From NCBI GenBank assembly GCA_965215195.1, contig CBDCDC010000002.1, forward strand, positions 896,001 through 960,000: a stretch of 64,000 nucleotides of DNA, in the 5' to 3' direction. Both the position numbers and the translations under genes were made by a program. This document shows, in pieces, positions 50,322 to 60,315 of this stretch. How positions within the stretch are numbered: position 1 is the stretch's first letter; every line of letters starts with the position of its first letter. The DNA comes from Candidatus Latescibacterota bacterium. GTDB taxonomy: Bacteria > Latescibacterota > UBA2968 > UBA8231. Under the pieces are notes generated by a model. That model did no database searches. It saw only the letters and a program-made list of their open reading frames with translations, and was not told where the DNA came from.

Positions 50322-51452
50322 ATGCCTAGACACACCCTTCTCTGCACTGTTGGGACGAGCTTGTTCTATCCCAATTTGTCTGGTCTCACTCACGAACCGC
50401 AGGATGACCCCATCCGTGCTGCCTTGGCTAGCGCTTATAACGAACAGAAATGGTCGAAGGTGGCGACTCAGCTATATTTAAATGTCGAACCAACGGAACG
50501 GCTCTGTGGGGCGGAGATCAATTCGGTGACTGATCTCGTCGAGCATGAACCCGTCGAGAAAGGTGCCCTTCACCTGCTATATTCCGATACGGAGGATGGA
50601 AAAGCTATCGCTGCCGTTCTGGAGCACTACTTTAGCCTTGACTGGCAGCAGGTACACACCCATCGCGTGGAGGACTTAAGTGATGAATACCCGAGAGCAT
50701 TTCGGACTCGAGGCTTGCGCAACTTGGCGAAACTCTTCGGTGAACGAGTGCGTGAAGCAGGGGCCGATTTTTGTGCCATAAACGCCACCGGTGGCTATAA
50801 AGCCCAAATCGCCATTGCCGTGCTCATGGGTCAAGCACTCAACATTCCAGTGTATTACAAGCATGAACGCTTTGATGCTATTATCCCCTTTCCCCCTATG
50901 CCGGTGGCCCTCGATTTTGAGCTATGGGAACGGGCCAGCGGCATGTTTATGGTGCTCGGTAAGCCCAACGCGTGTGAGCCGTATGAGAATTTTAGCGAGG
51001 ATTGGGATGAGCGCTTTGAACCGCTGGTCATCCGGGTACGGATTGACGACGAGGATTATCTGGAACTCTCGGCAACCGGCCAGATTTTTCACGACACCTT
51101 CCGATCCCGTTTTCAGCAGCATCAGAGCACTAGGCTTCCGCGTGCCGCACGCGAGGACGAGAAGAGGCCGCCCGCTCTGGGAGCTCACGGCTACAACGAG
51201 GCACGAGACAACATTGAGCGCCATTTGCAAAGAATCACCGATGAACGGCCTTATGTCCGCTCCTGCCATTCGACATACTGGAATCCAGATTTGCCTGAAA
51301 GCAATCGGTTTCGGATGGCAAAAGGGGAAGTCCAAGGCATATACTCGAACGGGACTTGGTGCGTGAAATTTACAGTACGCACGACAGCGGAGGATGAGGA
51401 CCAATTACGGATCGTCGTAGCCGATCTCAATGAGTGGCTAGAGACCGCCTAA
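50322..51452 (+). CDS. CRISPR-associated CARF protein (APE2256/Crn1-like) with unassigned C-terminal domain
   Basis: LCTVGTS, CGAEINS, YSDTEDG, INATGGYKA, YYKHERF; 376 aa, longer than a bare CARF. Confidence 0.8.
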   Translation: MPRHTLLCTVGTSLFYPNLSGLTHEPQDDPIRAALASAYNEQKWSKVATQLYLNVEPTERLCGAEINSVTDLVEHEPVEKGALHLLYSDTEDGKAIAAVLEHYFSLDWQQVHTHRVEDLSDEYPRAFRTRGLRNLAKLFGERVREAGADFCAINATGGYKAQIAIAVLMGQALNIPVYYKHERFDAIIPFPPMPVALDFELWERASGMFMVLGKPNACEPYENFSEDWDERFEPLVIRVRIDDEDYLELSATGQIFHDTFRSRFQQHQSTRLPRAAREDEKRPPALGAHGYNEARDNIERHLQRITDERPYVRSCHSTYWNPDLPESNRFRMAKGEVQGIYSNGTWCVKFTVRTTAEDEDQLRIVVADLNEWLETA

Positions 51453-51474
51453 AAGACGCGCCCGGAGCACCCCC

Positions 51475-52512
51475 ATGCTCACCCTCTACGTCACCGAACC
51501 CTCGGCTGTCGTCCGCCGCACGGCCGGCTCCATCACCGTCACGCTCGATGAAGACCCCGACGGCACGGGTCCCCTGCCCGAACGACGGCGACGCTTGCTT
51601 GAAGTTGAGCCGCATCGCTTGGAGCTGATTGCATTGGTGGGCCGCGCCCACATCACCTTAGACGCGACGCGGCTCTGCTTAGAGCAAGGCATTGCAGTCG
51701 CTTGGTTTCGCAGGAACGGCGACTTTGTGGGCCGCCTCGTCCCCGAACTGTCGCGCACGGCCGATCTGCGCTTGGCGCAGTTTCGCCTCGCGGACGACGA
51801 GCACCAAGCACTGCCGCTGGCCCAAACCTTTGTCGCAGCTAAACTCCACAATGCAGCCGGGGTACTCGCGGCCCTGCGCTCCAACCGCCGCAATGAGCCG
51901 ACCCTCGGCCGCGCCATAACCAAACTCAAAGCCATGGCCGCGACCGTAGCCCAAGCACCCACGCGCGAGGCTCTGCTGGGCTTTGAAGGCGATGCGGCCC
52001 GCCGCTACTTTGCGGGCTTCAAGCTCGGGTTCACCAGCGACATTCGCTTTGTTAGCCGCGCCCGCCGGCCGCCGCCGGACCCGGCCAATGCCCTGCTCTC
52101 GTTTGGCTATGTGCTGTTGGCCAATGCCTTGGCCAGCCTTTTGGAGGCCCGTGGTTTTGACCCGTATCTCGGGTTTATGCACACGGTCCGGTCCGGTCGG
52201 CCCAGCTTGGCCCTCGACTTGCTCGAAGAACTGCGGCACCCGGTAGTCGATCGCTTTGTCTTGCGCGTTTGCAATTTGCGCCAACTGCGGCCGGCGCATT
52301 TTGAGGCCGATTCTGCGCGAGGGGGTGTGCGTCTTACACGCGATGGGATGCACATCTTTTTTCGCGCTTGGGAAGCGTTTATGGATGCTCCCCTGCCCGG
52401 AATCGCCGAGAACATCGCACCAGAAAATTTGATTCGCCGTCAAGCCGATCGCTTAGCCGCTCACGTGCGCCAACGCGATCCCTATAAACCCTTGCTTTTG
52501 CGTCGCTTATAA
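51475..52512 (+). CDS. cas1: CRISPR integrase Cas1
   Basis: LGFEGDAARRYF, RRPPPDPANALLSFGY, GFDPYLGFMH, SLALDLLEELR. Confidence 0.95.
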   Translation: MLTLYVTEPSAVVRRTAGSITVTLDEDPDGTGPLPERRRRLLEVEPHRLELIALVGRAHITLDATRLCLEQGIAVAWFRRNGDFVGRLVPELSRTADLRLAQFRLADDEHQALPLAQTFVAAKLHNAAGVLAALRSNRRNEPTLGRAITKLKAMAATVAQAPTREALLGFEGDAARRYFAGFKLGFTSDIRFVSRARRPPPDPANALLSFGYVLLANALASLLEARGFDPYLGFMHTVRSGRPSLALDLLEELRHPVVDRFVLRVCNLRQLRPAHFEADSARGGVRLTRDGMHIFFRAWEAFMDAPLPGIAENIAPENLIRRQADRLAAHVRQRDPYKPLLLRRL

Positions 52513-52525
52513 AGGAGGACGGCCT

Positions 52526-52813
52526 ATGTCTCACTATGTCGTATGCTACGATGTGGTCGATAACAAACGCCGCTACAAGGTGGCCGCTTGTTTGGATGCT
52601 TATGGCGATCGCGTACAGAACAGCGTGTTTGAACTGCCCATGGATAGCACACTTTTGGACAAGTGCATCGCCGAGGTCGCTGGTCTGATCGACGCGGCCA
52701 AAGACAATGTAGCCATCTATCGCCTCTGCTCGGCCTGTGCGACCGAGCGTTTCTATTTGGGCGTGGGGGAAAAGGCCGAACGCATCGGCGATGAGCAGGT
52801 CTTCATCGCGTGA
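52526..52813 (+). CDS. cas2: CRISPR Cas2
   Basis: YVVCYDV.DNKRR, YGDRVQNSVFE, IYRLCSAC. Confidence 0.95.
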   Translation: MSHYVVCYDVVDNKRRYKVAACLDAYGDRVQNSVFELPMDSTLLDKCIAEVAGLIDAAKDNVAIYRLCSACATERFYLGVGEKAERIGDEQVFIA

Positions 52814-53009
52814 GCGTCTGTCGTAACCACCGATGCCGCCGCAGAAGCCCCTTGGTTACGAATTTGACTAACCTTTTGAAAACCTTATATTTACGTCCAA
52901 GAGCCGAACTGGTAGCCGCGATATTGGGCGGCATGTGCAAGCCTCAGTCGTTAGGTTACGAAAAGCGTTCAGGTAACTGCTTGTCAGACAAGCAGAAATC
53001 TAGGACGCC
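52814..53009 (+). promoter_or_regulatory. CRISPR leader
   Basis: Non-coding, lower GC; CGTAACC/GGTTACG(AA) motifs at ~52831, 52854 and 52954; palindrome CTGCTTGTC-A-GACAAGCAG at 52977-52995. Confidence 0.75.
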
Positions 53010-56000
53010 ATGTGAAGTTCTGCCCCGCTTATCAGGGGATTGAAACCTTTCTCTTGGTTGGGGCGCGGCGGCAGGCGCAGCTGGGATGTGAAGTTCTGCC
53101 CCGCTTATCAGGGGATTGAAACTAGAGAACACCCAGCTCATCTTCGGGGCGCCCCCCTTCCATGTGAAGTTCTGCCCCGCTTATCAGGGGATTGAAACCA
53201 TTGACATCGCCATTCATGCGATCAAGCGCGTGGCGGCGGTCCATGTGAAGTTCTGCCCCGCTTATCAGGGGATTGAAACCCCTCGTGGAAGCCCTCGCCC
53301 CGGTGCGCCAGCAAGACGCGCTGGATGTGAAGTTCTGCCCCGCTTATCAGGGGATTGAAACCGTCCCCCGCGCTGCCGATGAGGGGCCAGACATGGGCGG
53401 TGGATGTGAAGTTCTGCCCCGCTTATCAGGGGATTGAAACTCCTGATCTTGGCAGAACAGGGCGTCGTCCCCCGTCATATGTGAAGTTCTGCCCCGCTTA
53501 TCAGGGGATTGAAACACTACCCCACCCTCGGCTTCGACGACATCGTGGGCTTATGTGAAGTTCTGCCCCGCTTATCAGGGGATTGAAACGGGTGTCGGGG
53601 GGAGCCGCGCCCGCTACCGGGCGGACCTGTATGTGAAGTTCTGCCCCGCTTATCAGGGGATTGAAACGATGGCTTCTATGAGGGAGTTGATACCACCCCC
53701 AACTATGTGAAGTTCTGCCCCGCTTATCAGGGGATTGAAACTAACTCGAGAGATTGACAGTTAGATTCTAACAATTAAAATGTGAAGTTCTGCCCCGCTT
53801 ATCAGGGGATTGAAACTCGGTCGCTGTTCTCTGGTGTATCCGCGCCTCCGGTCAAAATGTGAAGTTCTGCCCCGCTTATCAGGGGATTGAAACCCGGTGA
53901 ACCCACTGCTCTAGATGGGTCACCCGCGTCGAAATAATGTGAAGTTCTGCCCCGCTTATCAGGGGATTGAAACCCTCGCTATCCGCACTATTGCGGATTT
54001 TGTCGTGTAGTTATGTGAAGTTCTGCCCCGCTTATCAGGGGATTGAAACCCGATTGACCTCGCGAAACTGGGTAGGGATCATCACTCCATCATGTGAAGT
54101 TCTGCCCCGCTTATCAGGGGATTGAAACTCTTCTCCATTGAGAAGTTCGTTTGCTACATGGGCCATATGTGAAGTTCTGCCCCGCTTATCAGGGGATTGA
54201 AACGAGCAGAGCCGCGCTCTCCGCCGCTTCGGCGATACTGAAAAAATGTGAAGTTCTGCCCCGCTTATCAGGGGATTGAAACACGTGGTGCCTGTGCGAC
54301 GCCTGCGCCTTGGAGGCGTGGCATGTGAAGTTCTGCCCCGCTTATCAGGGGATTGAAACAAAGCGTCCGCCGCCGCCCACGCATCGAGGCCCCGGCAGCA
54401 AATGTGAAGTTCTGCCCCGCTTATCAGGGGATTGAAACCTGACCTCATTGGGGGGCACCCTCTATATGAGCGACGCGATGTGAAGTTCTGCCCCGCTTAT
54501 CAGTGCGGCAGCGCCGGATGCACGCAGTACACGGCCCCTAAGTGAGCGACGCGATGTGAAGTTCTGCCCCGCTTATCAGGGGATTGAAACCGGGTACCAG
54601 CCTGACCCATGCTCAGACGGCCCATGAGCAAGATGTGAAGTTCTGCCCCGCTTATCAGGGGATTGAAACGGCCTTGGGGCCGACGGGGGGCGGCTTTACA
54701 CGTTCAGCGATGTGAAGTTCTGCCCCGCTTATCAGGGGATTGAAACCTCGGCCTCAGTTGCCAGCGACGCACCGTTATACGCAGCCATGTGAAGTTCTGC
54801 CCCGCTTATCAGGGGATTGAAACTGGAGCACCGCGCCCTCCCAGATGTACCGCCGCCCCATGTGAAGTTCTGCCCCGCTTATCAGGGGATTGAAACGAGC
54901 AGAGCCGCGCTCTCCGCCGCTTCGGCGATACTGAAAAAATGTGAAGTTCTGCCCCGCTTATCAGGGGATTGAAACACGTGGTGCCTGTGCGACGCCTGCG
55001 CCTTGGAGGCGTGGCATGTGAAGTTCTGCCCCGCTTATCAGGGGATTGAAACGACAACTATAATACGTACCATGGGATTTCTCCTTTTTATATGTGAAGT
55101 TCTGCCCCGCTTATCAGGGGATTGAAACATGCCCGTGGCGTAGGTGAGGCCCAGCTCCTGCGTGTCGTCATGTGAAGTTCTGCCCCGCTTATCAGGGGAT
55201 TGAAACGTGGGGTCCTCCCCTGTCGTCAGCACAGCCGTCGGAAGGATGTGAAGTTCTGCCCCGCTTATCAGGGGATTGAAACGTAGCCAGCCGCCACCGT
55301 GTAAACTTCGGTGGAGGCGACCTTATGTGAAGTTCTGCCCCGCTTATCAGGGGATTGAAACTCCACGTACGACGCTATCTCGTCGCGGAAGGCCTCGATC
55401 CCATGTGAAGTTCTGCCCCGCTTATCAGGGGATTGAAACTTTGGTAGTGCCATAGTGTTTCCGTATTGCGAGTTTCACATGTGAAGTTCTGCCCCGCTTA
55501 TCAGGGGATTGAAACATGGTTCTCTCACTCTCTTGAAACAATTCTTCTGTTTTTTCCATGTGAAGTTCTGCCCCGCTTATCAGGGGATTGAAACGTAGCC
55601 AATTCGCGTTGCGTTGCGTAACTCGGCGCCCTCGCTATGTGAAGTTCTGCCCCGCTTATCAGGGGATTGAAACCAAGGCCACTCAAGGTTGCAACGCGGG
55701 CCTGCGGGTCCATGTGAAGTTCTGCCCCGCTTATCAGGGGATTGAAACGATGATTCCGAACGGACCCTGATCGATCGTCAAGCCGATATGTGAAGTTCTG
55801 CCCCGCTTATCAGGGGATTGAAACCGCCGCCTAGCGCAGCACCTGGCGGCATTGTCCCCGGCGATGTGAAGTTCTGCCCCGCTTATCAGGGGATTGAAAC
55901 GACGGCCTGAGCGTCTAGTCGGGCTTGCTTTTCTTTCTCATGTGAAGTTCTGCCCCGCTTATCAGGGGATTGAAACGGCCCTTGGCGAGGTAATACATCC

Positions 56001-58510
56001 CCGTGCATACAGCCCCATGTGAAGTTCTGCCCCGCTTATCAGGGGATTGAAACTTGGGGGACCTGGGCTTCATACGGCTGGGGCGCGGCCGTATGTGAAG
56101 TTCTGCCCCGCTTATCAGGGGATTGAAACATCCGCTTCATGGTATTCTCCATGTTTCGGGTCATCCCCCCATGTGAAGTTCTGCCCCGCTTATCAGGGGA
56201 TTGAAACCTATCAACGTGTGCGCCAGATCAGTCCCCCTCGTCGAAGAGCCATGTGAAGTTCTGCCCCGCTTATCAGGGGATTGAAACGCGATGACTCGGA
56301 TGGGGGGCACTCGCGGGTACGCGACTATGTGAAGTTCTGCCCCGCTTATCAGGGGATTGAAACCCAGCCGGCCACGCAGCAGGGCGTGTTACACAGGAGG
56401 GATGTGAAGTTCTGCCCCGCTTATCAGGGGATTGAAACCTGCGACGCCGGGCGAGTCCAGATCCGCGGCCAGCAGGCATGTGAAGTTCTGCCCCGCTTAT
56501 CAGGGGATTGAAACGACACCATCCCCTTTGGAGGAGGCCGAGTGCCTTTTCATGTGAAGTTCTGCCCCGCTTATCAGGGGATTGAAACCCCCACAGGGGC
56601 AGCCCTTGGCAGACGCCGGCGAGGATACGATGTGAAGTTCTGCCCCGCTTATCAGGGGATTGAAACCCCCACAGGTCGCGGGGCGTGGTGTGCTCCTCGT
56701 CGAGATGTGAAGTTCTGCCCCGCTTATCAGGGGATTGAAACCCTTTAATCAGCTTTCGCTGACCCCTCAGGAATCACCCCCCATGTGAAGTTCTGCCCCG
56801 CTTATCAGGGGATTGAAACATTTGCTTGGCCATGCTTAGCGAACATTCCAGCTGGATAACCAATGTGAAGTTCTGCCCCGCTTATCAGGGGATTGAAACT
56901 CCTGCTTCTTAAATTTGCCACCACTCTCAGTGATGGCGTTATGTGAAGTTCTGCCCCGCTTATCAGGGGATTGAAACTCTACTGGTGCTATCAACTCCTG
57001 CACACCGACACGAACCTTGATGTGAAGTTCTGCCCCGCTTATCAGGGGATTGAAACCGGGCCTTTTGTGTAGTACAGAATCGTGTCGTGTCCCATGTGAA
57101 GTTCTGCCCCGCTTATCAGGGGATTGAAACACCGTGCGGCTTGCTCCTCGGTCAAGGCGATGTCGAAGTATATGTGAAGTTCTGCCCCGCTTATCAGGGG
57201 ATTGAAACGTAGACGACAAGGCCACGCGGGAGGATTTGTCGGCGGCGGGATGTGAAGTTCTGCCCCGCTTATCAGGGGATTGAAACGCGCGGCCGGCGGC
57301 TCTGTGCAGCGGCCTTTTTCCTTGATGTGAAGTTCTGCCCCGCTTATCAGGGGATTGAAACCCGCAGCCCCCGGCCGAGACGGCTGCGGGGGGCCTCGGC
57401 GAGATGTGAAGTTCTGCCCCGCTTATCAGGGGATTGAAACGGAACGCCATGAAGTACATTATCGAGGAGTTCTCACCGTCGGATGTGAAGTTCTGCCCCG
57501 CTTATCAGGGGATTGAAACCTCTACTTCGGCCTCCTCTTCGTTCTCATCGAGGAGAAGATGTGAAGTTCTGCCCCGCTTATCAGGGGATTGAAACTGAAT
57601 GGGCGAGAGGGACCGGCAGCCGTTGAAGCCGACATGTGAAGTTCTGCCCCGCTTATCAGGGGATTGAAACTGACCCGACGCTGCCCCCGTCTCCTAGTGG
57701 GCTGACCCTATGTGAAGTTCTGCCCCGCTTATCAGGGGATTGAAACGCGGCCATGAGCTGTTTGTCCGCCTCTTTTTCCGCCGAATGTGAAGTTCTGCCC
57801 CGCTTATCAGGGGATTGAAACCAAGGCCTGCTGGCCCCGTAGAGCCACGACCGGGAGAGGCACATGTGAAGTTCTGCCCCGCTTATCAGGGGATTGAAAC
57901 CGTAGACCTCGGGCTGGACGCTGGGCACCCAGAAGTCGAGATGTGAAGTTCTGCCCCGCTTATCAGGGGATTGAAACCCGCCGCCAACGCCAACCCCTTC
58001 ACGGAGTCGGTCGGGGCATGTGAAGTTCTGCCCCGCTTATCAGGGGATTGAAACTGGCGTCGCTCGTCGCGCGGGCAATTGCCGTTGTCTTGGCATGTGA
58101 AGTTCTGCCCCGCTTATCAGGGGATTGAAACTCGCTTTGCGCCATTTCAGTGTAGGCCAACCAAGCATACCCATGTGAAGTTCTGCCCCGCTTATCAGGG
58201 GATTGAAACCGCAAGGACTCCATATTTCCCTCCTTGTTTTATGGCGTATGTGAAGTTCTGCCCCGCTTATCAGGGGATTGAAACCTCGCCGCCGGTCAGC
58301 CCCAGCGCATCCAGGTCCAGATGTGAAGTTCTGCCCCGCTTATCAGGGGATTGAAATTGAACTGATCGCCGTCGAGCTCGTACGGCTTCTCCATGTATGT
58401 GAAGTTCTGCCCCGCTTATCAGGGGATTGAAACCGCTTAGCCCGGTCCTCGGCGGATAGGCCCAGCTCATCGGATGTGAAGTTCTGTCCTGCTTATCAGG
58501 GGATTGACGA
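53010..58510 (+). CRISPR. CRISPR array, 37-bp repeat ATGTGAAGTTCTGCCCCGCTTATCAGGGGATTGAAAC, ~72 repeats / ~71 spacers of roughly 35-45 bp
   Basis: Counted by eye. 3' ATTGAAAC tag, leader at left, degenerate terminal repeat at 58474, one truncated repeat at 54478. Confidence 0.98.
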
Positions 58511-58564
58511 CCCTGCCAGTACATTTGTTGTTTGTCGCCTATAAATAGATCGGCACAAGCCGCT

Positions 58565-59380
58565 ATGCACTGGCACAAACACCTCGAAGTGCTGCTTTCT
58601 CGCGTTCAGATACAGGCGTGGCAACTTCTGCTCGACACGCCCGAGGTGCGGGCGACCGCGCCCATGTTGCGCGGCGTCTGGGGACGCGCACTGCGACATT
58701 TGGATGAGGAAGTTTATCAGCAGGTTTTTGCAGGCAAAGCATTGGGACATCGCCGCATCCCCCGCTACATCCTGCGACCTGCCCCCCCCGACCCGGCGAT
58801 TGCACCGGCTATCGAGTGGATCCTGCTCGGGGTGGATGAGGAACTGGAGGAAGTGCTGTGGCGGGCATGGGATGTGGCCAGCGGCATGGGGCTGGGGCCG
58901 GAGCGCGTACCGTTTCGCATCCGCGAGCGGCGGCCCCTCAGCGCGGGCCAATCCGACTGGCCCCTGACCGGCGATCCAGCCACAACGCCGTGCAGCCTAC
59001 AGTTTGGTACGCCGCTGCGCCTACTCCGCCGCGGCACCCTCCTTGCGGCACCCGACTTAGCGGCCATCGCCACAGCCGCTATGCGCCGCTATGCTGGCCT
59101 AGCCGGTATAACCGGCGGAGAATCCTACCGCGACTTGATGCGAGCCGTCAAGCAGCAAGCCGCCGCAACGCCGGCCGCCCCTTGGCGCGGTGGTCGGCTC
59201 GATTTTTTGCGCTGGTCCAGCACCCAACAGCGCGAGCTAAACCTGCGCGGCGTAGTCGGCGCGTTGGACTTGCCCGCTGGTCCCGGCCCGCTCTGGCCCC
59301 TGTTGGCCGCATCCTGTTGGACCCACATTGGCAAAGGCGCGGTATTTGGCTTAGGCCAATTGTGCATCGAAAAATCCTGA
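58565..59380 (+). CDS. cas6: CRISPR endoribonuclease Cas6
   Basis: LRGVWGRAL, FGTPLRL, RWSSTQ and C-terminal G-rich loop HIGKGAVFGLGQ. Confidence 0.88.
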   Translation: MHWHKHLEVLLSRVQIQAWQLLLDTPEVRATAPMLRGVWGRALRHLDEEVYQQVFAGKALGHRRIPRYILRPAPPDPAIAPAIEWILLGVDEELEEVLWRAWDVASGMGLGPERVPFRIRERRPLSAGQSDWPLTGDPATTPCSLQFGTPLRLLRRGTLLAAPDLAAIATAAMRRYAGLAGITGGESYRDLMRAVKQQAAATPAAPWRGGRLDFLRWSSTQQRELNLRGVVGALDLPAGPGPLWPLLAASCWTHIGKGAVFGLGQLCIEKS

Positions 59381-59480
59381 GCTATACCACCTCCCGCTCC
59401 CTTCTCCGCGTATGCGCTGCGCTCCGTTGCCCCTTCCGCTCGGACAATTGCATGGTTCGGCTCCGCTTCAGAGCATTAAA

Positions 59481-59517
59481 AAGGGCGGCCATCTCAATGT
59501 GCTAAGATGACCACCCT
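59481..59517. terminator. Hairpin between convergent cas6 and Uma2
   Basis: AGGGCGGCCATCT...AGATGACCACCCT imperfect stem preceded by an A-run (a T-run on the minus strand). Confidence 0.5.
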
Positions 59518-59555
59518 CGCGTCGTACAGCGCCCAATCCTGAGCTACCCGGGCCG

Positions 59556-60107
59556 TTAGAACAGGTCTGCAAGCGGCATTTTCCACTTAGGCACCACAGC
59601 ACCGCCATCGAGCACATCGCCTGCGGTGAGAAGGCAAATATCGTCGGGGGCGCGGTACACCATTGCAGTGCGTTGGTCGGGGTCGATCACAACGACCATC
59701 TGCGTACCGGCCCGCAGCCAGTCGGACACTTTTTCTCGTAGCTCGCGGTCGCGGTCATTGGGCGAAACGACTTCAACGGCGAGGTCGGGGGCACCAGGGA
59801 AAAAACCTCGTTCTTCTGCGATAGCCTCAGCGCGTTCCCGCGACACAAAGCTGACGTCGGGCGCCCGGACCGTATCGGGTGCGGTGTCAAGGATGAAGCC
59901 GGTCTCGGCTGCATAGGTTTCGCCCAAGCCATTGGTTGCAACAAATGCTTCGAGATGGCTACCGATTTTTGCGGCAATGCGTCCGTGTCGTCTGCCGGCG
60001 GGTGACATCTGGCGCAATTCTCCTTGTACGAGTTCGTAGCAATAGCCATTGTGCGGCATCACCAGCAGCTCGTCGGCGGTCATCTGGGCAATCGTTTGTG
60101 ACGCCAT
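59556..60107 (-). CDS. Uma2 (DUF820) endonuclease
   Basis: YELVQGEL..MSP..RHG, VRAPDVSFV, APDLAVEVVSPND, K..WLRAG. Confidence 0.9.
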   Translation of the reverse strand: MASQTIAQMTADELLVMPHNGYCYELVQGELRQMSPAGRRHGRIAAKIGSHLEAFVATNGLGETYAAETGFILDTAPDTVRAPDVSFVSRERAEAIAEERGFFPGAPDLAVEVVSPNDRDRELREKVSDWLRAGTQMVVVIDPDQRTAMVYRAPDDICLLTAGDVLDGGAVVPKWKMPLADLF

Positions 60108-60206
60108 AATAGAACCTTTGCTATTGGGATTGGATCTGATACTAGCTGAACGCCCAACCCAAGTCAACTTTTTCCTCTAAGTACGCGACAGTAGGGCCTT
60201 AACCTC

Positions 60207-60233
60207 GGATCGAGGGCATCTTGCCCTCGATCC
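60207..60233. repeat. REP-like perfect palindrome
   Basis: GGATCGAGGGCA-TCT-TGCCCTCGATCC (12-bp stem). Confidence 0.6.
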
Positions 60234-60315
60234 CGGACTCATCGCCCATCAACGACAAGTTATTGGTGTCGTGTGCTTAGCTTTTTCCTTAGGTCGCAGC
60301 GGAACGCCCCGCCCC

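Noticed and set aside
53010-58510. Self-targeting spacers
   Set aside because: No convincing match to the window was seen by eye (only ~9-nt coincidences); this was not an exhaustive search.
52810-58578. Short ORFs with VKFCPAYQGIET / FQSPDKRGRTSH repeats
   Set aside because: They are translations of the CRISPR repeat.
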